Below are positions 1 to 14,559 of a DNA stretch of 64,000 bases, piece after piece (position 1 is the stretch's first letter; each line of letters starts with the position of its first letter). Both the position numbers and the translations under genes were made by a program. Below the pieces are notes generated by a model. That model was not told the DNA's origin. It was given only the letters and a program-made list of their open reading frames with translations, and made no database searches. The stretch is from the human T2T-CHM13v2.0 reference genome, Homo sapiens, in NCBI RefSeq assembly GCF_009914755.1, contig NC_060931.1; one strand, given 5' to 3'.

Positions 1-289
1 ATGATCTCTGATCTATACCAGTCCTACTCAAAATGCCTTGATAAAGTGACATAAGGAGCTTGGGCCAGAATGTAAATCAAGGCATTACTTCCTTCATCAA
101 GAAAAGCTTACTACAAAAAAAAAAAAAAAAGTCAGCAATGTTCTTAGTGATGTAGTTGATTAATGTTCTAGTACAAGTTCCTTATCTTACTGCAGACTGG
201 CAGCCACTTTGAATAGCACTGATCTGTACTCTTTTGTGTGTAATTTTTAAGTTTGCACATTTTTATTTTTAATACAGAAAATTTAAAAA

Positions 290-2490
<2,201 letters not shown>

Positions 2491-2734
2491 ACTTCTTTAA
2501 TTGATGTGTAATATTTCATTGTAGGCTGCAACATAATATTTTTGACCAGTCTCTAATAGGTTTATATTCATGTAGTTGAGAATTTTTTTCGTTATTTAGA
2601 AAGTGGAATAAATCTCCAAGTAATTGGCAGTTATTTCCTTAGAAATTATTTGGCTCACATTTGCCAAACATGTCTTTAGAAATGTTAACCAGTATATACC
2701 ACTAAGTGTGTTCATTTTCTAATATGTTGTAAAA

Positions 2735-2950
2735 CAGGGATTGGACAGCTTTTTCTTAAAGGACCACATTGTAAATATTTTAGGCTTGGTGGCCATGTGG
2801 TCTCTGTTGCAACTACTGAACCCTGCCATGGTAGCAGGAGAACAGACATGGACAGTGTGTAAATGAATGGTTGTGGCAATATTCCAGGAAAACTTTATAA
2901 CAATATGAAGTGGGCTGGATGGCCCTTGGGCCATAGTTTGCCAGCCTTTC
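2735..2950 (+). mobile_element. MER58A (hAT-Charlie MITE)
   Basis: cagggattgg...gtaaatattttaggc...ccatagtttgcc. 8-bp TSD-like ttgtaaaa / ttgtagaa. Confidence 0.85.
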
Positions 2951-4124
2951 TTGTAGAACACTGGATAGCAACATTAAGTTAAAAATGGAAAAAAATACAT
3001 GCATTACTTTTCATAACCTGGAACTCAACAGCAGTTCTGTATCATTTTACCTGATTTAAAATATCTGTTAGTGGCAAACAGCTTTTTTCAGGGAATCCTA
3101 AAAAAGTTCTAAGATACCTGGGACCTTCACATAGTCTGAAAGTCCTGCAAGTCTTCCCTGAGTGATTCTGCTTTCAAGATCATGTGATTGTGAAGCCTTA
3201 ACAAATAGTGATTCTCTCTTCAACAATCACCCTGTTTTTTAGGAATTAATTGTACAGGGCCCCGCTAAAAGCCTCAAAAGCCTGCAAAGGGTAACCTATG
3301 GCCTCTAACTGGATGCCTCTGGGGCTCTACAGTTGATTTCTGGAACTGAGGCAAAGCTGTAGGTCAGAGTGCCAAGAGGCTTATTAAGCCTGAGAAATGT
3401 GAAACTTGACAAAGTATTCTCTGATACATGTGGCCTATTGAGAGACTGGTTCCCTTTGTCTGCTTAAGCAGTTTTACTTCTTGAGGAATGAAATGCAAAG
3501 GAAGGGCTCTCCTTGTCTTTCCAGGTTAGCAGAGAAGCATGTTCACTTCACAGCGATTAGCTGAGCTTGCCCGAGACTTTTGTGCCCGTCGTGGCCTGCC
3601 AGTTCCCTCCCTGCCTTCCCTGTGGCGTTTTAGCTGATCTGTGCTGTTTGTAGCCATATGGTCCCCTGAGCACGTGGCTTGGCTTCCCTGTTCCTGCTGC
3701 TGGATCCTTGGGCATTGCAGATTTCACAGACCTGAATAACATTGTTGTGGGGGGTGGGGGAGGGATGGAGTGGAATCATGTCCTCAAGAGGTGTCTCCTT
3801 ACCACCCTACCTGGTTAGAGGCTTCTTGCTTGGTCCTCTGTACCTATATATAGATTAAGCAGAGCCCTGAACTAGGTGCTTTGAAAAGATGTAAAATAAC
3901 TAGAAGTGGTTCCTGCCTTCAAGGAGCTTACCTGCTAGGGCTTTGTCTGGGAGCAGTAAGTGGTTAACTGGCATTGGTGGCCAAGTCCAGTTTTGGAGAT
4001 CAGGATATAAACTGTCCATGGGTACAGTAGATTTTAAAATGTATTTGGTTTTATTTACCCTGATAGTTTTTTGCTGTGCTTCCAGTCATAGCTCTAGATG
4101 GAGTTCATTATCATGTCTCTGAGA

Positions 4125-6408
4125 ATTTTTTTCCTCAAATTGTTTATAATGACAAAATTCATAACATAATATGTAGTATCTTAACGATTTTTAAGTGTAC
4201 AGTTCAGTGGTATTTATATTCATATTGCTATGTAGCTATCACCACCACATATCTCTACAACTCTTCATTTTATAAAACTGAAACTATACTCATTAAGCAA
4301 TAACTCTACATCCCTCTGTTTCCCCTCTTCCAGGCCCTGGCAACCACAATTCTACTTTTTGCTTCTGTGATTTTGACTACTCTAAGTAATTCATATAAGT
4401 GAAATCAGACAGTCTGTGTCTTTGTGACTGTCTTATTTCATTTAGCATAGTGTCCTCAGGGTTCATCCATGTTGTTGGATGAGTCAGAATTTTCTTCCTT
4501 TTTAAGGGTAAATAATATTCCATTGTATGTGTATACATTTTGCTTACAACCTGTTCATGTGTCCATGGGGACACACTTGGGTTGCTTCTACATTTTAACT
4601 ATTATGAACAATGCTGCTATCAACATGGTTATACAAATATCTCTTTGAGACCCTGTTTTCAATTATTTTGAGTTTGTACCCAAAAATGGAATTGCTGGAT
4701 TATATGGTAATTGTATTTTTAAGTTGTTGAGGGAATTACTATATTGTACCATTTTACATCGGTGCACGAGGGTTCTACTTTCTGTACATCCTCACCAACA
4801 TTTGTTATTTTCTGGGTTTTTTTTGGTTTTGTTTTTTTTTTTATAGTGGCCGCCCTAATAGGTGTGAGGTGATGTCTCATTGTGGTTTTCATTTGTATTT
4901 CCCTAATGATTAGTAATGTTGAGCATCTTTTCCTGTGCATTTGCATATCTTCTTTGGAGAAATGTCTATTCAAGTCCTTTGCGCATTTGAAAAAGAAATT
5001 TCAACTTTTCTTTTAGATTCGGGGATACATATGCAGGTTTGTTACATGGGTATATTGTTTGGAGTAGGAATGATCCAGTCACCCAGGTCATGAGCGTAGT
5101 ACCCAATAGGAAGTTTTTCAGCCCTGGTCCCCTCCCTTACTCTCCCCCAGCTCTAGGAGTCCCCAGTGTCTATTGTTCCTGTCTTTAGTCCATGTGTACC
5201 CAGTGCTTAGCTCCCACTTGTAAGCCTCTTTGCCTGTTTTTTAATTGAGGTTTTTGTTTTTTTGTTGTTGAGTTTTAGGAGTTCTCTATATATTCTGGAT
5301 ATTAATCCTTTGTTGGGTATATGATTGGCAAATATTTTCTCCTATTTTGTCAGTTGCCTTTTACTTTGTTACACAAAATTTTCATGAAATCTAATTTGTA
5401 TTTGTACTATTGTTGCCTGTTCCTTTGGTGTCATATTTGAGAAATCATTGCCAAATCCAATGTTGCAAAGTTTCTGCCCTGTGTTTTCTGCTAAGAGTTT
5501 TGTAGTTTTATAGGTCTTATATTTAAGTAATGAATCCATTTTGAGTTTGTTTTTAGTTTTGGTGTTACATAAGGGTTCAACTTTGTTTTTTTGCATGAGG
5601 ATATCTAGTTTTCTTAGGACCATTTGTTGAAGACAGTCATTTCCTCATTGAATGGTCTTTGCACCCATCTCAAAAATCATTTGACTGTATATGCAAGGGT
5701 TTATTTCTGGACTTCATTCTGTTTCATTGGTTTGTATGTCTGATTTTATGCCAGTACCATGTGGTATTGATTACTGTAGCTTTGTAGTAAGCTTTGAAAT
5801 CAGGAAGTGTGAGTTTTCCTGCTTTGTCCTTTTTCTGGATTGTTTTGGCTATTCAGGGTCTCTTGAGATTCCATATGAATTTTAGGATGAGCTGTTCTGT
5901 TTCCATAAAAATCATCACTGGGATTTTGATAAGGGTTGCATTACATCTGTAAATCGCTTTTGGGTAGTATTGACATCTTGACAGTATTGTCTTCCAGTCC
6001 ATGATCATGGGACGTGTTTCCGTTTATTTATGTCTCTAATTTCTTTCAACAGTGTTTTGTAGTTTTCTTTGTACAAGTTTTTCACTTCCTTGGTTGAGTT
6101 AATTCCTAAGTATTTTGTTCTTTTTTGATGATACTGGAAAAGGAACTATTTTCTTAGGTTTTTTTTTTTTTGGATTGTTTATTATTTATAGAAATGCAGC
6201 TGATTCTGTGTGTTGGCTTTATATCCTGCTACTTCATGAATTCATTTATTCTAACAGTTTTTGTGGAATTATTAGAGTTTTTTACCTATACGTCATCTGG
6301 GAACAGTGATAATTTTATTTCTTTCCTTCCAATTTAGATGCCTTTTGTTTCTTTTTCTTGCTGAACTTCTTTGGCTAAGACTGTCAGTACTATGTTAAAT
6401 GGAAGTGG
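4125..6408 (-). mobile_element. L1M (L1MB-like) 3' portion: ORF2 C-terminal remnants and 3' UTR
   Basis: Minus-strand ORFs 4719..4973 ([12 protein letters not shown]...[10 protein letters not shown]), 4377..4574 and 5369..5623 resemble degenerate L1 ORF2p. Confidence 0.9.
4998..5224 (-). mobile_element. Short L1PA (old primate) 3' end nested in the L1MB
   Basis: ttttagattcggggatacatatgcaggtttgttacatggg...ttagctcccacttgtaag is typical of L1PA13-16 3' UTR. The host L1 resumes after it. Confidence 0.8.
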
Positions 6409-6714
6409 CTCTCTGACATGGTTTTTAAGCAAGGATGCAGCTGAATATTTTTGGCATTATCTGGATTTCTCCAGTATATTCCTATGTGATAATATGGAGA
6501 GAATCAAAAAATACCTGCCACTTCCTTGCCTTTTGCCATTTGACTTTCAGTTGGAAAGGAAGTTCTGGAGATTGTCTCACTAGAAAGGTGGGCTCTGCTG
6601 AACCAAAAAGGGATCAAGACTTGGTTTGCAGCTTATACTAGTAAACCAGTGTGCTGATAAGAAAAAGAAAGTGATTGAGTTAGAAGAGATTGAAAGAATA
6701 TTAACCTGGCTTTA

Positions 6715-7110
6715 AAAATTAAATTATTAGAGACTTCATTTTTTAGGTCACTCTTTAGATTTACAGAAAAATTAAGCAGGTAGCACAGAGTTCTTATATT
6801 ACTCATCCACCCTCAGCCCAGTTTCCTCTGTCATTAATATTTTACGGGAGTATTGTATTTTTGTTATAGTTAGTATATCAATATAGATACATTTTTATTA
6901 ACTAAAGTTTATATTTTATTCAGGTATTCATTTATTTATACTTTATTTCTGTTCCAGGATACCACATTGCATTTAGTTGTCATATCTCCTTAGGTTCCTT
7001 TTGGATATGCCAGTGTCTCAGACTTTTTTTTTGTTTTGGATGACTTTGACAATCTTGAAGTACTGGTCAGGTAGTGTGTAGGACGTCCCTCTGTTGAAAG
7101 TTGTCTGATG
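6715..7110 (-). mobile_element. L1MC/L1MD-like 3' end fragment
   Basis: tttagatttacagaaaaattaagcag...cattgcatttagttgtcatatctcc...tactggtcagg. Confidence 0.7.
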
Positions 7111-9652
7111 CCTGATTTCCATGTAAGTACATCTTAAGAGTATCTGGTTTGGTTGTGCTTAGGTGCCTGGAAGTGCCTGCATCAGGATATTGTTGTGGTT
7201 TGTTTTTGTTGAGGACAAGGGTGGCAGCTGTACTCTTCTAGGGGACTGGGGAGAAAAGACATAGCATACAACCTTAGGGAGTGGGAAAAACAGCCAGATG
7301 TCATGATTTCAGAGAGGAGAATAGGTATCTGTGTGTCATTCTCAGTGACGTCATCAAACCACAGTCTCTGGTCATGCTTGTAGAAGGCCCTTTTGGGCTG
7401 AGAATCCTTTTGTTTCTATCTGGTACTGGAAATTTTGGCAGCATTGGGGCTATTGGTGGTTATGTCCACAGCTCAGGAAGCTGTTGAACAAAAAGGAAGC
7501 TTTTTTGTTTGTTTTATGTGTGCTTCAGGGTTTTCAGAATCTGAATAACAGCAGCCCGTTGCACCCAGTGAGCGCTGTGGATGGGCTGTACAGATGAGAG
7601 AGTGTGACAGAGGCTGAAGATAGGCATGGATGTTCCCCTAACGGAACTCTGGTTTTCTTGACTCATGGCAGCCCTTAGCCTACACCTTATTATCATTAAA
7701 CCATTTTTTCCTTTTATGATTGGGCTTCAAGAAATGGGGAGGGAATTGGATTTAGTGCATGTATTTGAGTCCAGCTAATGACTTTTTCCATGTAGACTTT
7801 TGCTCCTATGCCTTAGGTTATCTCTTGGTGTGTGGGGTGTGAGCGTGCATGGGGTTGGCTTGATTAGAGATCTGTAGCTAGCAGAGAAAGTGGGCAGTGT
7901 GGGCATACTTCAGTTATCCTGATGAAAAGCACCAGAAGAAATATCACTGTTAAAATGTGGTCCGTAATGGTGCTGATGAGCTGGCTTCAGACAGTAATCC
8001 ACTCTGCATCTCACTTACTGCACAGTACGTGGCTATAATCAGTATTTTATTGCCGATTCCATGTCTCTGCTCAGGAGCTGCTTGTTCTCTGGACAGTAAT
8101 GACACAATTTACAGAGGAATAAAAAACCATAAACCCCACTTATACACACACGCGGACACGCACGCATGCACTCACCCTTCCTATCTTCACCAGCAAGCTA
8201 AACCTTGCTTAGCTGGCAGTGGCAGAGTGCACAGTTCCTGAAGAGGAGGTTTCTAATCAGGGAGATGCTGAGCAGCAGAGAGAGTCTGCTGCTGGGGCCT
8301 AAAATTTACAGCTCTAAGAATTCATTGCTGCCGTTGCTGCTAACATATTACAAGGGGTGCCTAATTCCAGTAACTTGTTACAGGACATCCTTAGATCTTC
8401 ATGTTCTGTAATCAGCAGGTAAAGGTGTGAGCACTATGATACTTTCTTTGGTTTTATTACTCTCTAAGCATGACTAGGGAGCAGAAAACGTCTAGATATT
8501 TCTCGTGTCTTGATTATAGGAATTTCCTTATGTTTTTGGGAATTCACAACAAGAATTTGTTTTGGTTTGAGAGAAGGTGTAGATCTGTCCAGTATTAAGA
8601 TTTGGGAAATCCTGTGATGTATGTGCCTTTGATACATCATCTGACAGTTACCCTCTATCCTTTGGGTATCTGTTTGGAGGAGGAGTGGTATTGATTTGCT
8701 ATAGTAGCTATTTTGCTTGGTATGGCTTAGTGGAATTTTTTTTCTTTTCTTTAGCTTGAAATTAGGATACCACAATAGCAGATATCATGGAAACTGCCCC
8801 CCTGAAATATTCTGTTATCCATTTTATAATATCTTTCCCTTCATCCAAATGTGGGATTTTGAAGGACCAGGAAATCATTAGCTGGGGTCTTTCTTTTTGG
8901 TCAATTGTCCAACCCACTACTGGAATTCCATTACTGTGTACATTTTTACTTGGCATTAGTGTGTTTAGATGGTAATGGGAATAAGATGTACTCTATTTTT
9001 TCTTTCAGTGACTGAATCTGTATTTTTGGTTATACTGTCTAGACAGTTTTTAAGTTCTAAACTCATGAATATGTTTTTGTGATTGGGCTGGCATTAAGGG
9101 GCTGTTTGGTTTGGGGTAGCTAGCCCTGACCTTGGTCCTGGTGTGATCACTCATCCTGCCTTTGATTACCATTAATCTTCATGTTTTTCTGGCAAGATGA
9201 ATTTTGGGTTCTGGCTCTCTGGGTTTTAGTGTTTAGCCTATGATTCTCAGATCTGTCAAAAAGGTTATAGGAGAATGGTTATGGTTATTTGAAGTTGTCG
9301 TTTTCCTGTTTTCAGGGTTGTAAGTTAATTTTAAGTATAGTAGAAAATTAAAAATTTCTCCTGATCTACTCAGTTCTTTCTTAGAACTTTCATTACTTTT
9401 CTGATTGCTGGGCTGTTCTTCTCTACACTGCTTTCATTGCTTACAGTGGTAAAACCCAGGGATACCTTCCCATCCACCAGCCATAGTAAACCTTCTATGG
9501 ACTTACAGATTGATTCCAGCTGTCATCTTTGTTTTTTCATTCATTCTGTTTGATGGCACTTAACTCCTGCTGTTTTCTGTTATATATAATTTCTCACTTG
9601 TTTATGTTTTCTATCCTTCTTGAGATTGTTTCTTAAGGCATTCCTTACTCTT

Positions 9653-9708
9653 CGGTGTGTGGTTGGTTGGTTCTTTGTGTTTCCGGTGTGTGGCTGGTTG
9701 GTTCTTTG
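9653..9708. repeat. Two-copy tandem duplication, 25-nt core, period 31
   Basis: cggtgtgtggttggttggttctttg (9653-9677) and cggtgtgtggctggttggttctttg (9684-9708). Confidence 0.9.
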
Positions 9709-10952
9709 GAAAAGGTAGAGAATTGCTGTTTTTGGAGGAAGCTGCAAGTAAATGAATACATTCTGTGCTAGAAGATCTAAGGCCTTTCAAGAAATAGTTA
9801 GAGAGGCCTCCTTTAAGATACTTATCAGTGTGACATCCATGATGGCAAAAAAGAGTATAGCTCCTTTTGTTTCACGCATGAAAGAGGAGGGAAATTTTGC
9901 CAGTCCGCCCTTGCTGTGTGGCAGCTGACCCTGTAAGTTTGTTCAGTCTGGTAGCTCTTAAAGAGGCCCGATTGAAGCCTAGAAGAGTTCGATTTTGATT
10001 CTGCAGATGAAGTAGATGGTGATAGTGTTTTGTAGTCTGCAGCTACCTTGTAATAAAGTGTTGCTTCAAAGAAAAAAAAAGGCATTGAATATAATTGGGC
10101 AAATTGTAGACTGCTGGCTGTATTATGCGTTCTAGCTACAACACTGATGTGGTAAGATCCCAGTTTGAATGGAGTTTTATTCTGCACACATTGTAGAATG
10201 TTCTAATAACCTTCACAGAGGAGTATTTATGCTTTTGTCCTTTGACTACATACCCTTGTAATTTATCCCAGACTAGTTCTTTTTCTTCTGAGCGTGGGGT
10301 TCTGTGTTACTGATCTTGGGTTCCAAAACAAAGATGTCCGTAGTAGTAGTGCTCTGAAAAGGTGGCTTTCAGAGTATCTGAGGTAATATCTCAGTAATTT
10401 CATGTTTCTGCCTGTGAGATTAACAGCTGAGCATCTCCTTTCCCATGCTGAGATGACAATTCTTTTTGCCCTTCACTTGCCTTTGATTTTTCTGCTCTCT
10501 ATTGGGGCATCCTATTTTGGTTCTTTCTCATCTAGTGCTGGTATCTTCTTCAAATCCAACCCTTGCCTCTTTTTCTAGATTCACATTGAGATTTTGATTT
10601 TAGTTTAGAAGCTGTTTCAAGGAAAATCTTCAATTACATGTAGAGACAGGATTTCCAGTTCTTAAGCTTTGTAGTGAACCACAAATCTTTGTCAGGGCAA
10701 AAATAAAAAAAGATTGACCATCTTTATGAATGATACAGATTTTGTCTCATTGAGAAATCATAATAAGGTCTCTGGGAACTGATAATTATAGCATAGTTTT
10801 CTCTGACATTGTTGCACCATGAAGGATGATACTGTTTTTCCCACAAATGGCTATTGATCTCACTTTCTACCTGTGAGGGTGGTGGGCCTTGCTCTTGGAC
10901 ATGTGATGGGGGCCATAGAAGCAGGTTTAAGCATGTTCCTTTTTGCTCACAG

Positions 10953-11066
10953 GTGATGCAGGTTCTGAATGCTGATGCCATTGTTGTGAAGCTGAACTCA
11001 GGCGATTACAAGACGATTCACCTGTCCAGCATCCGACCACCGAGGCTGGAGGGGGAGAACACCCAG
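10953..11066 (+). CDS. SND1: SND1 (staphylococcal nuclease and tudor domain containing 1) internal coding exon, probably exon 10; N-terminal strands of the SN3 domain
   Basis: 38 codons, [38 protein letters not shown], recognised as human SND1 (about aa 347-384 from memory). Acceptor ttcctttttgctcacAG at 10951-10952, donor CAG|GTGAGA at 11067. Length 114 nt, phase 0/0, in frame with track ORF 10854..11102. Confidence 0.97.
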
Positions 11067-11973
11067 GTGAGAATAGGGAAGCAGCCGCGCCTCTTTGCAT
11101 AAACCAAAAGGAAGAAGTTGGAGAATTGATTAATATATGACATATATAATACATATATGTGGGAATGCAAAGGGACAAGTATTTTAAATCTCCACAGTAT
11201 TATTTTCTAATATTTATAGCCTGACTACTATTGGGCAGGTCTCAGTGTCTTGTGGCCCACACCCACTGCTCTGCCGAATTTCACGTGGGCACTGTTGGCA
11301 CTTCTCCCCAGGGGGCTTGAGTGCAGTGAGGGTTGGGATATGTGAGATGGTGGATGAGTTTAATTAACAAGATCTTATTTTTCTGTGAATAAGGAGAGGA
11401 GAAGGTCTGTATCTCGTGTACATTGTAATAGGACCCGTTTCTGCTGGTCATTTTGATTTGATAGTTCTTTATGTTTTTGCTCTAGGAAGAAATGAATCTT
11501 GGTATATGTATTCACTGGGGTCACCTACTCATTTTTTGCAGGTAGTAACTCTAATTAGTAGTTAAACTGTTTGCTATTTTTTGGATCTTTTGGCAGATAG
11601 GTTGGTGTATGACTCAGGTATATCATTTTTGAGAAATGCTTTGTATGAAAACTCTAACAAGAGCTGGTATTACATGTGCAGATAGACTGATTTTTTTTTG
11701 TAGTCATGACAGTTATGTAGCCATAAGAGTTATGAGAATTGGGAATAGGGATTAAGGTTGAAAATTTTTGGGGATTTGGTTATGTCATATTTTTACAGAC
11801 GTCTTTCCCGCTTCTGTTTTTGTCGTCTGATAACTAAACTGTGTGATTATGTTAACTAGTTATAGAACTAGTTCCTCAGTGAGAGCCAGCGCCAAAGGCA
11901 AACATTTGGACAGTTTTCAGTAATTAACTATTGTGGATTGAAGTTACTGCTGTGTGTACTATCTACTGCCTGC

Positions 11974-12148
11974 TTTTTTTTTTTTTTTTAAGAAACAGGG
12001 TCTTGTTATGTTGCCCACACTGGAGTGCAGTGGCTATTCACAGGTGTGATCATTGCGCCCTGCAACTTCAAACTCCTGGGCTCAAACAGTCCTTCTGTCT
12101 CAGCCTCCTGAGTAGCTAGGACTATAGGTGTGAGCCACTGCACCCAAC
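11974..12148 (-). mobile_element. FAM (fossil Alu monomer, 7SL-derived)
   Basis: Monomer retaining the 7SL-type segment gcagtggctattcacagg. Poly-T at its left end. Confidence 0.85.
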
Positions 12149-12260
12149 TTATCTACCTTTTTTTTATTTATGCCTTTATACAAAAAGGATGGGATAAAAA
12201 AAATCCCTTTTGTATAAAGGGATAACTAAAAAAAGGTAGATAAGTTGGGTGCAGTGGTTC
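12132..12260. repeat. Long inverted repeat, ~58-nt arms, 14-nt spacer
   Basis: 12132-12189 and 12204-12260 are reverse complements with 4 mismatches and a 1-nt indel. Confidence 0.92.
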
Positions 12261-13392
12261 TAAAGGTGTGAAATTTGCTATTCTGATGTTTTGCACATAT
12301 ACATATCTTGGTGCATTCACAAGTTGAAATTCAGCATTGTTTTCATTTGTGTGAGAGTTTATAGACAGCCCGTAAGAGTAAAATAAAAATATGATTGTCT
12401 TTTGAATCAGATCATACATAAAAACCACGTTCAGGATGGGTGATTTGAATGTCTGGCCAATCAGTTCTTTCTCTCTCTTTTTTTCCCTTAGAGGAGGCAG
12501 TTTAATGCAGCAAACAGTATTATGGTAAGGTTGAGAATTTAAATGTATGAAAGCCTAGAAATGCCAAAATAAGGTTCTCTCAGTAACTGTAGCTCTGCCT
12601 CATTGCACAGAGTAAATACACATCTCCAATTTTATCAGTATTGGGAGTAGTCCACAATTCTGCATCTGTGCCGTACAGTTGGAATTAAGGTTCCCACAGC
12701 AACCACAACTTTGAAATTCTTGAACGTTAATTTTTGTGCCTGTATCATCAGCCAGTGCATTATGTTAATGTAGACTATATAGCTGAATTTTAAGCAGTTT
12801 TTAGGGGGATGGGGGTGTTATAGCTTAGGTAGGATGATAGCAGGTTTTCTGAAGTAAGCACTAACCTACTACTGAGTATTTTTAGTCCCAGTATCCTTTG
12901 GAACTCATCAGTGGGTAAACGATGCATTTCCCTTAGCCTACTGGCTGACAGGAAATTGTTGGAATTGGAGTATTTCCTAGTTTAGGCAGAATCCTGATTA
13001 TAGAATTTCTTGTCTCTTACAAGGCGTGTTACCTCTTTTTTTTCTTCTTTTTTCTTTATTCTTTCTTTTTCTTCCTGTTCACTCCTGAGATCTTACTCCA
13101 TTTTAAGACAGTTCTAAGTAAGACTTAGCTGCAATAATCTACAACATATGGCTTGTGAGGAAGATGGAGGAATGATTTCCATTATTTGTCTGTTAAAGTC
13201 CTTTGGAAGAGTTTACTGAAGGGCCACGTAAGAAATAAGTTAATATAATGAACCTTGAATGTAGTGGTAGAAGGTACCCTGAAGAGTAGCCGGTTTTGGT
13301 GGGTGGTCTGGGTGATCTTCCCAGGTCAGCTGCTGTACCTTGTGAGTGTCAAGGATGAGAAGTGAGTCAACAGGAGGAATGGCTCTCTAGGC

Positions 13393-13711
13393 CAGCGCTG
13401 TCCAACAGATATATAAATATGAGCCACACATGTGAGCTCTATTTGTTATTTTAAATTATCATATAACTACGTTAAAAAACTAAAAAGAAACATTAATTGT
13501 AATTTTTAAATTTGACTTATATCCAAATTATTATATCATTTCAACATTTAATGAATATGAAAAATAAATGAGACGTTCTTCCCCTTTTTAAAACTGAATA
13601 TTTGAAATATGGTATGTATTGTACATTGGCACTACATTTTAATTCATCATAGCATATTTCAAGGACTCAATAGGCACATGAGGCTAGTGGCTACCATTAT
13701 GGATAGCACAG
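13393..13711. mobile_element. MER33 (hAT-Charlie)
   Basis: Termini cagcgctgtccaa...gtggctaccattatggatagcacag; AT-rich interior. Confidence 0.8.
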
Positions 13712-13737
13712 CTTTAGAAATTTGCATGAACAGGTAG

Positions 13738-14350
13738 TCATTGTTGGTACATATTTACAGATACTTATTTTGTGCCAGATACTGTGTTGGGGGTGCAGCA
13801 GGGAATAAATAGATGTCCCTTCTCTGCCTCATGGAACTTTAGAGTCTAGTAGGGGAAATACACAAGTAATTTCATTTACGTTAAGTGCTATGAAAGAAAA
13901 GCTTAGAGTTTAGGAGAGTGCGTAGTTTGGGAAGGCTACTTTGAGGAAGTGACATTTAAGGCCTGAAGAGATATTAGGAATTAGCTAGATAAAAAGTGGG
14001 AGAAGACAGTTTCTGACCTGGAGAGCAGCAATGACAAGAATGAGTTTTGGGGACTAGAGAATGGATGGCTCCTGTGGACGGTGCATGAGTGGTATGACAC
14101 CTGTGTGGTACGAAACCACAGGCAAGGCCAGATCAAACATGTCCTGTGAACATCTTAGGATACTCAGGAAGGGAGAGAGAAAATGGGGCATATGATGAAC
14201 TGCAAGTGATTTTGTATGACTGGAATAGAGGATAAATTTCAGGGGAGTGTTAAGAAATGGGCCTGGGAGTTAGACAGGGACCACTTGTTGAAGGCTTATA
14301 TGCCATGCATTTTAGGTTTTGTCTTGAAGAATTTTGAATTGGTGAGTGGC
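13738..14350 (-). mobile_element. L2 fragment
   Basis: tgtgccagatactgtg...ctcatggaactttagagtctagtagggg...gaggaagtgacattt. Boundaries approximate. Confidence 0.75.
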
Positions 14351-14532
14351 ATGTTTGGATTAAAATACTCTTGTTTCGGTTGTTTGAATTTACAAGATAT
14401 GAAAGCAGTTTGCATATAGAGAGAATATTATGCCTGGTAAAAACTTACTTTAGCAAGGAACTCTGGATTTTCTTTTGGTAAGTTTCAGTTGACCAAAGAC
14501 CTGGAAAATGGCATGATGAAGAGTTAATGTCT

Positions 14533-14559
14533 TAGGAGACGTTAACTCTTTCAGGCTGA
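14533..14559 (+). repeat. 27-bp exact direct repeat, copy 1
   Basis: taggagacgttaactctttcaggctga, identical to 16039-16065. Confidence 0.95.

Noticed and set aside
4377-5623. ORFs similar to L1 ORF2p
   Set aside because: Frameshifted fragments of a dead L1M element.
10854-11102. 82-aa ORF as a standalone gene
   Set aside because: Only the central 38 codons between splice sites match SND1; the flanks are intron read-through.
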